The translations under genes were made by a program, and so were the position numbers. From positions 341,292-405,291 of the forward strand of contig RHPI01003491.1 of the NCBI GenBank assembly GCA_009103225.1: 64,000 nucleotides of DNA, in the 5' to 3' direction. Shown here one piece after another: positions 17,500 through 28,911 of this stretch (positions within the stretch are counted from its first letter, which is position 1; each line of letters opens with the position of its first letter). Source of the stretch: Chlorokybus atmophyticus. Lineage: Eukaryota; Plantae; Mesostigma and Chlorokybus algae. The notes beneath the pieces were generated by a model that did not search any database, was not told the DNA's origin, and saw nothing but the letters and a program-made list of their open reading frames with translations.

Positions 17500-20400
17500 A
17501 TGGTGTGTGGGGTGTCGTTTTTGCTGCTTGTCCTCGTTGGAAGTTGCATGCAACGTCATGGCGCTGTTCGCCTTGCAATTGGTTACTGACTTGTGGCTGT
17601 GTTTCTTTTTACTCCCTTACATGCTATGATCAGCCCCTTCGATTGGACATCAAGGTACAGCTTGGCACTTGTGTTCAACTTGGGTTGGAATGCGAGCTGT
17701 TGATTGAATCGACAATTACAAGTTTGATATTGCAATGTGCCCGCATTGATGAGTGCCACTCATTGCAGCGAAAGCTTGCGCAAAGATCAGATCGTGTGAA
17801 GTCAGTTGACATACACCCAACAGAACCATGGTGAGTTCTGTTGTTACACATTCAACTGTCGTGTCTCACGACTCTTTTAAGTATGTCAGGTCTGTTGGCA
17901 ATACGCTAGTAGTGCAGCGCATGTGCTGCTTAGTGTGTGTACACATAGCGACGGAGTGTCCTTGAATCTTTGGTGACGTTCTCATGTATTGCAGGGTGTT
18001 GGCCAATCTGTACAATGGCAACATATACATTTGGAACCACCAGACACAGGCGAGTTGTTGTTTGCATGCAACATCGTTTCATGTGAAGGCAGTGCTTTCT
18101 TGTGCACGCCACATTGTAGTGTACTATTGATACTGCTTATTATTGCCAACAACCCACAAGAGTTCATGTAACGTGTGTCGTGTTTCAGACCCTGGTTAAA
18201 TCCTTTGAGGTCACCGAGTTGCCAGTCAGATCTGCCAAGTTCATTCCACGCAAGCAATGGATTGTTTGTGGGGCGGATGACATGTTTATACGTGTATACA
18301 ACTACAACACGATGGACAAAGTCAAGGCTTTTGAGGCGCACACAGACTACATTCGCTGCGTCGCTGTGCATCCCACATTGCCGTATGTTGTATCATCCTC
18401 CGATGATATGCTGATCAAGCTGTGGGATTGGGACAAGAACTGGCAGTGTGTGCAGATCTTTGAAGGTCATTCTCACTATGTCATGCAGGTAACAACACTT
18501 TCTTTCTAGTTGCTGGGCAGCAGTCACTTGGCCGCTGTAATGCGGAACTGGACTTTGCAGGTGACGTTTAACCCCAAAGATACCAACACGTTTGCGAGTG
18601 CATCCCTTGATCGCACCATCAAAGTCTGGAGCCTGGGGTCTCCAACACCAAATTTCACGTTGGAGGGCCATGAAAAGGGAGTAAACACAATCGATTACTT
18701 CAGCGGCGGCGACAGACCTTACCTCGTCAGTGGAGCCGATGACAAGCTGGTCAAGGTACGGTCCGCGTTAGCGTCACTGCATATTACTACCTGGCATTCA
18801 TCACCCTGGTTTCGCTGACTGTGTTGCGCGTGTCAGGTCTGGGACTACCAGACGAAGTCCTGCGTGCAGACCCTCGAGGGGCACACACACAATGTGTCGG
18901 CTGTTTGTTTTCACCCAGAGCTTCCAATCATTATCACGGGCTCTGAGGATGGAACGCTTCGCATCTGGCACTCTACAACGTACCGTCTTGAGAACACACT
19001 AAATTATGGCCTTGAGCGGGTCTGGGCAATTGGGTACTTGAAGGGTTCCAACAGGTATGCTCAATCAGTGTTTCAGCTTTACTGCGTTGGTTTAACCACC
19101 ACTAATATATTGCCACAGTTGATAATACATATTCATCATCGCACACAATGCGCCTCACTTGGCTGAAATTCAGGGTCGCCATTGGTTACGATGAAGGCAC
19201 CATTGTTATCAAGATCGGCAGGGAAGAGCCTGTTGCCAGCATGGATGCCAGTGGAAAGATTATTTGGGCTAAGCACAGCGAGATTCAGACTGTGAACGTC
19301 AGATCTGTGACAGCTGAGATGGAAGACGGAGAGAGACTGCAGCTCGCGGTGAAGGAGTTGGGCAGCTGCGATCTGTATCCACAGGTCAAATTCCCGCTTG
19401 CATGTCGAGGGCCTGCAAGCATTCTGTGCTTGTACCTTCTGGACTGATGTCTTGTGCTGCAGAGCTTGAAGCACAACCCAAATGGGCGGTTTGTCACTGT
19501 TTGTGGAGACGGGGAGTACATCATATACACGGCTCTGGCTTGGCGCAATAAGTCCTTTGGTGCAGCCCTGGAGTTTGTATGGTCCTCTGATGCTGCAGAG
19601 TTTGCTGTGCGAGAGAGCACCACCAAGATCAAAGTATTCAAGAATTTCCAGGAGCGCAAGAGCATGCGCCCACACTACTCAGCTGATGGCATTTACGGCG
19701 GGGCTTTCCTTGGTGTGAGGTCAAATGATTTCGTCTGCTTTTACGATTGGGCTGGGTGTCGGCTCGTCCGCCGAATTGATGTTCCTGTGAAGGATGTCTT
19801 CTGGTCTGATAGTGGAGACTTGGTTGCTATCACCAGCGACACATCCTTCTACATCTTGAAGTACAACCGAGAGATTGTGGAGCCTGCTCTGGAGAATGCC
19901 GAGGTGCGTGCAATCAACTTGTTGGCACATTGGTTGCATAGAGTACTGCATTGATTTGGCTACACCATACCCACCATGAGCTTCTTTGTTCAGACTTTTG
20001 GAGAGGATGGTATTGAGTCAGCTTTTGATCTGCTTCATGAGGTGTCAGAGCGTGTGAGAACAGGCCTGTGGGTTGGTGATTGCTTCATCTATAACAACTC
20101 AGCTTGGCGGTTGAACTACTGCGTCGGTGGAGAGGTTACGACCATGTATCACTTGGACCGCCCCATGTACCTGTTAGGTTACCTTGCAAACCAGAGCCGC
20201 CTGTACTTGATTGACAAGGAGTTCAGCGTGATCAGCTACACGCTGTTGCTGAGCTTGATCGAGTACAAAACTTTGATCCTCCGAGGCGACAATGCTGGTA
20301 TGCTTCACCGTCTTTTGGCTTGGCCCTTGGTGTGCTATGCTCATTTTTAGTTGCCCAACACAGTGCCTTCGTTTGTATTGCACAGCTGCCGAACAGATTT

Positions 20401-21973
20401 TGCCAACCATTCCAAAGGAGCAGATGAACAGTGTGGCACGCTTCTTGGAAACCCGTGGCATGTTGGAAGAAGCGCTGGCCATTGCAACGGATCCAGATTT
20501 CAAGTTTGACCTAGCCATCCAGATGGGGAAGCTTGACATTGCCCAGCAGATTGCCAATGAGGTTGACAGTGAAACAAAGTGGAAGCAGCTTGGGGAATTG
20601 GCCATGTCAGCTGGCAAGGTGAGTAGTCAACTGGCATAGCATAGGGGCATCCAGTGCAGAGAGTTGCCAGCACCAGTGCAACATCAAACTTCATGCCTGT
20701 GTGCTCCTTGGCTACATATGGGAGTGCTGACATGCTTTGATGCTTGCAGCTGGACGTGGCCGAGGAATGCCTGGCCCGTGCTAGCGATTTGTCAGGCTTG
20801 CTGCTGATGTATTCAGCAACGGGCAATGCTGAAGGGATGACGCGGCTTGCTGAGCTCGCAAAGAAGCAGGTATATGTGCAGCAGGTAATATGCAGCAATG
20901 CGTTAGCACTTGTCATCTCATGCGTTCATTTCATTTGCAGGGCAAGCAAAATGTTGGGTTCCTGGCAGTATTTCTGCTTGGCAAGCTGGACGAGTGTGTC
21001 AACCTGCTTATTGAGACAAACAGGATACCTGAAGCAGCATTTTTTGCCCGAACCTATATCCCCAGCCGCATGTCTGAGGTCGGAACTGCAATGTCTTCAA
21101 GCTGCTCGCATCAGTCGAATACTCATGTTGTGTTTAACGTCCTGCAGGTCGTTGCCCTCTGGCGAAACGATCTGAAGAAGGTCAACCAGAAAGCTGCGGA
21201 GTCCTTAGCTGATCCTGCAGAGTACCCCAATCTTTTCCCTGACCTGTCTTGGGCATTGCGCGCAGAAGATGTGTTCAGGAAACAGCGGTGCGCATGGGTG
21301 GTTGTTTTCTACATGTCGTTTGCAACATGGCAGTCTATAATTATGTTTCTTACTGCAGTGAGGAAGGCTTCCCTCCAGCCTCAGAGTTTCCAGAAACACG
21401 CGGGCGTACGTCTATTGATGTAATTGAGCAAATCAAGGAGCTGTCATTGGAGGAAGCAAATGGCCATGTGGATGGGGACGCGGATGAGGTGCCCTGTAAT
21501 AATCTTATATTGCTGAGATGAGTTGGACAGCTGCATCGTTCATGGGTGCTGAACATGTCCTGCATCAGAGTGTGCAGGAACAGGAACAGGAACACGGGCT
21601 CAAGCAGTCGGGTGAGATGTTTGAGGATGCTGAAGAAAGTGTGGCAGAAGCTGATCCGATTCAACACTCACATGCATCTCCAACGACTGCTTCCTCACAA
21701 CACATGGACGATGGTGGTCAGGTACTGCTGCTTCACCCCGGTTGATGTTCACTGCTGGTAGCACCATGGCTGTGGATTGTCATGTTGATGTTGGCATTGA
21801 CGCTCTCATGGAATGTGCAGGTTGGCACTGTCGAAGATGATGCCGCCGACAGCACATTTGCAGATGAATTGGAGAAAGAGTTACTGGGGGGCACAGTGCC
21901 GCCAGTTGACGAGTTGGAGGATGATTGGGGTATGGATGCAGAGCCTGGAGCAGGAGAAGAGGAGGAGACTTGA
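17500..21973 (+). CDS. COPB2: Coatomer subunit beta' (WD40 + alpha-solenoid)
   Basis: ATG|gt...ag|PLRLDIK|[73 protein letters not shown], then an acidic tail ending EEET*. Confidence 0.97.
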
Positions 21974-23099
21974 AAGCTGTTGTAGTGGTGGGCACAGCTT
22001 TGAGGCTGGTTTTGGTTTGGGCAAGTTGTCTGGTGATTCAGACAACCAGTGCATGCTGGTCAGCGGGCTTTGTCAGTGTGGCAGGGTGCAAGTTCTAACA
22101 ATAGCACTGTGTTGCCCATAGTCGGCGTGTTTGACAATTCATCACAGCAGTTGTGCATAACACAACCGTGCTTGTTATATGCACATTTGTTGATAGAACA
22201 CTGCGTTGTCGCAATGCAATAGCAAGTGACAGTAGAAAACGCCACGTACTCCGCTGCATACCCCTGTGTGTGCTCTGCGTGTAGCTGAACAGGCATGTAG
22301 CATACCGTAGACAAGTTTCTTGTGTCTGTCGTGATGAGGTTTCTGCAGTGCCGCTGTTGTTGGTCACAGCACAATGTTCTGACTGTCTTTGGTCTTTCCA
22401 CCATAGACTGCTTTCGGCATTGCAGTACTTGGCCGGCTCCGCATGTGCTGTCCAAGACATGAAACCCTTATCTCTGAGATCACCACTATATCATGGTCTT
22501 GGCTTTCACATCAAGTGCACCATTGCTCAAATAAGAGCTTGGCGCTGACACTAACAAGAAATGAGGATTACTTGTGTTGCTGCACCAAGATTGAGCATTT
22601 GCTAGACAAGGGTAGAGTGCACAAGGTGTAATGAAGTTCGTGCCCAGCCTAGTCAACAGCACAAGCATGAACGAGCGCACAGACACACCAGCGCCCATGT
22701 GAGCAGGTACTACCTGAATGCATGCTTGTATGTCTAACGGGGCGGGCTAGCATTGGTATAGTGTAGAAAATATGCAATGCTGTGCAAGTGTAGCAGGCAG
22801 CCACAGAACTAGCCCGGTGGTTGAATTTGATGTGTAAAGCGTGTGTATGCTTGTGCTGATGCATGCCATTCGCATTGTCCACACCATGCATGCTGCCACC
22901 GTACCATACCCCTTATATACAACAGCGTCTGCGATTTTCTATACGCAGGCACTTGCACCCGCAAGCACACGCAGGTACTTGTACACACGGCATTGCATTC
23001 TTCATAAACACGCACACACCCTTTACTACCCTGCTTACACACCCTGCCAACGTGCTGCGTGCAGGTAATAAGTGTGCTTGTATACGTGCATGACCAACG

Positions 23100-23450
23100 G
23101 GGGTCGGTAGTTAGTGGCGTAAGTAGTAGTGGTAGCAGTTGAGATATTGCTAAAGTGGATCCGGTGGTCATGTTCATAAGCAGCCGGGGGGGAGCGGCAG
23201 AAGCGGCGGAAGTACCACGACCACCCGGCCGCTGATACTTTTCGTCCCCTAGCGGCGAGAGAGAGACGCACGGGACGCTGGGCCAAGCGTTCCACGACGT
23301 CATCGACACGTGCGCCCACGCCGCCCACGACCTACCCGTGCGCAGGCTTGGCTGCCTGGCTACCTGCCTCGCACTGTACAGGCAGCGCTGCAACGTGCTC
23401 AAGGCCTAACCATTCTGGAGCGAGGCGCGGCTGCAGCAGGGTAGCTGCGC
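23100..23450 (+). mobile_element. Degenerate 3' fragment of an RLE-type (CRE/NeSL-like) non-LTR retrotransposon
   Basis: GC-rich island that reads across frameshifts as DIAKVDP..GAAEAAE..K..KY..DTFRPLA.ETHGTLGQAF..YRQR. This resembles the DxxxxDP/K..KY/F.P.A.ET.G.LG endonuclease region. Confidence 0.4.
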
Positions 23451-24379
23451 TAGCGTGCAGTGCAGTGTTGGTAGGCATGGACGACAGCACATGGCTGTAT
23501 CCGGTTGCGGCTGCCGTTCTAGTAATGAGAGAGGAGAGAATGACGGTCATGGTGAGCGTGCATGGCTGTTGTGGGTATGGGCATGCTGGTTAGCTTGCGT
23601 GTGCATGTTTGCTTGACTTGCACGCACGCTATGCATGTTGCATCCCTTGTACTCTGAGACAGATGATGATGTGACAGGACCAATAGGTGTACCGATACGT
23701 GCACGCCACCACCGCTGTTATCAAAGTTGGTGTTCGTGGCAGTGAAGCAGCGCCGCACATGCCGACAATCACCACCGCTGCAACTGCTGCATGGGGAGCA
23801 CCGCTTGGTAACGCAGTGTGCCCGTGCGTGAAGCACAAAAGACACATGCCCACCACGACATCAGCACCATGGCTGACACAGCACCAGTCACAGTGGGGAG
23901 AGGGGGAGAGGGGGAGAGGGACCCCTACTGCCTGCACAACTGCCGAGCTCATCTCCCTGTTTATATTACACAACAAGAGGTCACAGTGTCACAACCATAG
24001 CGCTAACAAGCAACACGAGCCCAATACAACAGCACCGCAAACGCGCATCGCAACAACTATGCACGCCTTCATGCATCAGCTGCGTAGGCCTCACGCCAAG
24101 CAACGGCCACATCAAGCAGGGTAGCTATGGGGGCAAGTCGTGGTGGTGGCCAAACCAGGGCAGCGCACACGGTCATAGTGGCTCTCTCCAACAAAGTTCA
24201 TCCTGAGCTCGCTCGCTGAAGTGCACAAGCAATCCGCTGCCTGAACATGGACACAAAACAATCTCTGTGCTGGACCACATGGCGCGCACAATCGGTGATG
24301 CGCTCATAAGAGGAGGCCCTGAAAGTGCCGTCGTTGCAGACGGAGAGATGAGCTTGTCTCCCGATGTGGTCACCGTACT

Positions 24380-24453
24380 TCCAACACAGAGAGGTCCCTG
24401 CTGCCAGAGCCTCCCTACAGAGGCTCTGGCAGCAGGGACCTCTCTGTGTTGGA
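24380..24453. repeat. Perfect 34-bp inverted repeat with a 6-nt loop (candidate pre-miRNA-like hairpin)
   Basis: 24380-24413 TCCAACACAGAGAGGTCCCTGCTGCCAGAGCCTC is the exact reverse complement of 24420-24453; the loop is CCTACA. Confidence 0.9.
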
Positions 24454-25781
24454 GCTTACAAGAGGCACGCATCAGGCGCAGCGACAGCGTGAGAAAAGAG
24501 GGGGAAGGGCGTGAGGCGAAGGAGGAAGACTTGGGAGTGGGAGGGCGAGGAGAGGCAGAGGGAGGGGGGTTGCAGAGAGGAGGGAGAGAGGGCGTGGGAA
24601 GCACCGCCTGCATTGCTGACGTCATAAGCCACGATGGTTTGGGGTGTGTTTCGGACCGCCTGTTACCATGCTGCATGCAGTTTGCATTCAGGTGTGCTTG
24701 CATGCATACATATATATCACGGGGTCAGCAAGAAGTTGTAAGTAAGTGTAAGTAATGGTAGCAAGCAGGCAGCCAAAACATGAGCCTGGAGCACAAGAAC
24801 TGCGTGCATATGACATACAGCACGGACGACATATAATACACCGGAAATGCCACATATAATTGAATTATACCACTCATGATACTGCCCAAACAACTCTTGA
24901 CAACTGTTTGCATGACAACTTCCAAATTAGGAAATGTGTTGGGTATTGTCATCAATAGCAGCAACACGCCAGAAACCATTTGCCACAACATCCAACATGC
25001 ATTACAACCACCTCTACAAACACAGAGTGGGTGGCGGGGGGAGAGGGAGAGCAGGCGAAAGGGAGGGAGTCGTTACGCTGTACTGCTGCTACTGCTGTCT
25101 TTGCCAACACCAACTGACAGAGCATGGGCAGGTACTGCACTACTAATACGCATGTATGCATGCCTAACGGGGAGGTCTAGACTAGTGTAGAGTAGTGAAG
25201 ATCAAACAGTGTGTATAGCCCGGCGGTTGCCTTGTGCTGTGCTTGCATGTTGCTGTTTGGCATGCTGCGAATGAGGTCATGTATGTCTCAACTTCTGCCA
25301 GCATATCCTGTACATCAATGCAGTTTCACATATTGTGCATGTGCTGCTAGTGAATGACACCCCATGCATGGCTGTGGATGACAGTATTCAGTATATTGGC
25401 ATACACTCTTTGTCCAGCAGACCGGTGGTGTGTGAAGTTGTGATGATAATCAGGTAATAGGTGGGTGGCGTTCTTGCCATATTGCTTGCAGGTAGTACAC
25501 CGAGCTTGTGTGCATGGACACTTGCATGCACAGTCGCACGTCACATTTACTGCACAGACATCATTGTCCCTACCAGCACTGACAGGTAAAACATCAACAG
25601 GCATTCAGTACAACATCGCACAGACATCCCTGGGCAACTGCAAGCATCTTATATGCGAGATCAAAACACAGCTGCACCCACATCCCCGACCCGTTTCAGC
25701 CACTACCCTCTTCCCCTGTACAAAACTTGTCCCTCAAACCCACGAATATGCACAATGCCCAAGGACGTCATGGCTGAGGAC

Positions 25782-28128
25782 CTAGTAGCGGCGAGAGAAC
25801 GCACTTCCATATGTGCCAACATTGCCAGTGTTCACATACTGCGGCTGCAGCTGCGTTTGTGGCATGACACCTTGAAAATACGCATACTGCCCATAGCCTG
25901 GCACGCCCACACCTTGCTGCGAAGTTCTGCAGACAGCCACAGGGTGAGCAATGGCAAGATACTGCAGCCATCGTCAAGGCAAAAACAATGCAAGACACAC
26001 AAGACACACACCTCATGGCATAAGCAGGAAGCACAGCCTGCTTGGCCTGCTGAAGATACGCAGCGGCCCCATCGTTGTACGCGGAATCACTTACAGCCAC
26101 AGTCTGTGGGTTCACCCCAGGTCTGTATCTTGCTTGTCGCACATAGCTGTTGGAATAGAGTGAAGGTAGCCCCACATTGTCATCTGGTTTGGTAGAATCC
26201 AAGGGAGCAACCTTTGCTGACCCAACTGGAAGCCCTGCACACACAAGCAGCATGCAAAAGTTCAACAGATGCCCGATAGTGCAGCACAGGTGAGGGCTGC
26301 CATATGTAAGGTCACAACATACCAGGCACCACATATCTGGAAGACAACGCGGGTAGCGCAACAGCAGGCTGGCTGATATGCCCATAGGGCGACTGCTGCA
26401 TGAAGCTATGCTGCTGTTGCTGCTGCTGTAGAAGTTGCTGTTGTTGCTGCTGCTGCAGCAATTGTTGCTGCTGCTGCAGCTGCTGCTGCAGCAGTAGCTG
26501 CTGCTGTTGCTGCAATTGCTGCTGTTGTTGCACAGCATACTCCTCGCGCATGAGGTCTGCATCCTCAGCAGCAAACCCTTGTGGAGGGGGCTTCAATGAC
26601 CGCGGCCCAACCTGCAGTTACAGACGGGGATGAGTACACCCCACACAACGTGCACACAGCGCTGTTGCACGTGGCACAGACCTGGAAGTATGGGTGCTGC
26701 AGCGCCTGCACGGCGGTCGGCCGCTTGTTGGGATCCCAAGAGGTGAGCGTTGTCATCAGGTCGACAGCATCAGGGCTTGCCATGGGCATCAACTGAGCCA
26801 GAGGTGTAGCGGGAAACTGCGTGCCGACAGGGGTTTGTACAACCGCAAACATGCAAACGCAATTCTGCCATGACTACGGGATCCACATACCTGAGGAAAT
26901 CGGAAGTTCATCGCTGCGGCCAGCTTGAGTCCATCAGGCCAATTCTGAGCAGTGGGAGTGCCCAGCACACTGCAAATTTTGTAGATCTCGTCCGCCTCAC
27001 TGGAACCGGGAAACAGAGGGCGCAGGGTATACAATTCCGCCATAATGGCACCCATTGCCCACATGTCAATGGGAGCTGAATAGTATGGAGCCCTCAACAG
27101 CACCTCAGGTGCACGATACCAGCGCGTGGACACGTAATCTGTGTATGGAGGCCTGGAGCGCACCTCGCGTGCTAACCCAAAGTCAGCCACCTTGATGGTA
27201 TCTCTGGTGACCAACAGATTCTCTGTCAAAAGCCAGATGTTAGCCTGACCATAGGCATCAGCTAGGCAATGAAAGCAGCCGAACTGGTTCATGTCACATA
27301 CCTGGTTTCAGGTCGCGATGAAAATAACCATGCTTGTGCATGTACGCCAAAGCCTGAAGGACCTGATACATCCAGTTGCGAATCCTTGCCTCGACAAACA
27401 ACTTATCACGGTCCTTGATAAAATGATAGAGGTTGGCCTCCTAGAGGTGGACAGATCCCACCATCAGATCACTGAACAGCTTCAACCCTACACACGAGAA
27501 CACAAGACATGATGGTACGTGCTCACCATGAACTCGAAGACAAAGTAAAGTTCGTCGTTCTCCCTGATAACCTCCTTCAACTTCACCACATTTGGGTGAT
27601 TGAGCTTGCGAAGGGACTGCGACATTCACATGGTTAGCACCCGACCACTGAGCACAACATGCCAAATACAACTCACGAGCAAGCACCTTAACCTCCCGCA
27701 GCTGCATACACTCTTCCCAAGAGTAGAATTTTCGCTTCATCTTTTTGATTGCCACCTGTGCAGCATACATGTCAGCACTGCAAGCTCAAAGCACACATGC
27801 CCAAAACATTGCAGGAGCGATGGTTGGAATGAACATGAGAACTGCACACATACCACTTCGTTTGTCTGGCGATTGGTGGCACGCCATACGCTTCCGTATG
27901 TGCCATCGCCAAGCTGCTTCATCACCTTGTACCTGAAAAGCAAACGAGTGTAAACAACTCCCGCTACAACTGACGTTTCTCAACCAGTGAAGTAGCGAGA
28001 AAAACGAGGAAATCAATGGGCTGGCAAGTAAAACTCGCAAGTCGGCTTGGATTGCATAACACACCACACGGTCGGGGTCCAGGGGATTCGGCAAGATCGT
28101 TAATATATAAGTAGCCTTACCGATGCAT
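25782..28128 (-). CDS. MAK: MAK/MHK/ICK (RCK-family) Ser/Thr kinase with TDY activation loop and poly-Q C-terminal tail
   Basis: MHR|[40 protein letters not shown]|[27 protein letters not shown]. Poly-Q at ~26410-26530; predicted end ...GSAFSRRY*. Confidence 0.92.
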
Positions 28129-28269
28129 GTTGACTTCGTCTGGTTGCACGTTGCTCTAATAAAAAGCGAGGACCGTGCACAGGGGCGTGATGGGGGCCGT
28201 CCAAACTAAGGGGAGTAACCACTACCGAGGAAACCTAAATGACTACCTAGACTATAAACAGACAGCAGT

Positions 28270-28911
28270 ATGACTCTGGAAAGCAGCAGCAGCTGCGGAC
28301 TGCAGCAAATTTGATTGAAGTGACCGCAACAAATGTGGGGTAGCTAGTCCGCACCACCGAAAAAGGCTTCGGGAATCGCACCACAGTATGTTTAGGACAA
28401 GGATCCCCGGGCAGCTTTTGATTGTCGAGCCGCTCAGCCGTCACCGATGGGAGCAGGGCAGGTGTTGGCCGGCCTGGCTGCAGGTGGAAAACTGTCGCAA
28501 ATCCAAGCTGAGGCTGGAGCTCAGCCCGTCAACCCAACCAAGCGCAGGGCAAAGCCCTCGCTGTAAGCATCGCAGCCCAAGAAGCCAACAGGCCTGACGG
28601 GCCAGCAAGCATGCACTGCCGTCACCGCAGCCGCTGAGGAGTTCGTAGACACCCCCAACGTCTCCAGCTCGGCCTTGGCCACCCAGGCCTCCCAGCGCCT
28701 AGGACCGCAGCGCGAGCACATGGTTGAAGACCTCGCTTCGCCCAGTGCCCCGTCACCCTTGCCTTGCTTAAACTCGCCCCAACCGCCGATGCTGCCGCCC
28801 AAGCCACCGCCGCCACCAACTCCACGAAATTGCCCGCCTAGCCAAACCCTAGCTGGCATTTTAACAGCCGAACAGATTAACGAGTCGAGCAGCTTGGGAC
28901 AGAAGGTATAG
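28270..28911 (+). pseudogene. Possible degenerate coding sequence (Pro/Ala/Ser-rich, frames switch)
   Basis: GC-rich, codon-like stretches in shifting frames ending ...PPPPPTPRNCPPSQTLAGILTAEQINESSSLGQKV*. No recognisable family. Confidence 0.2.

Noticed and set aside
22332-22382. TGATGA...CTGA pair resembling a C/D box snoRNA
   Set aside because: Only about 50 nt, with no terminal stem or recognisable rRNA guide; such pairs are expected by chance.
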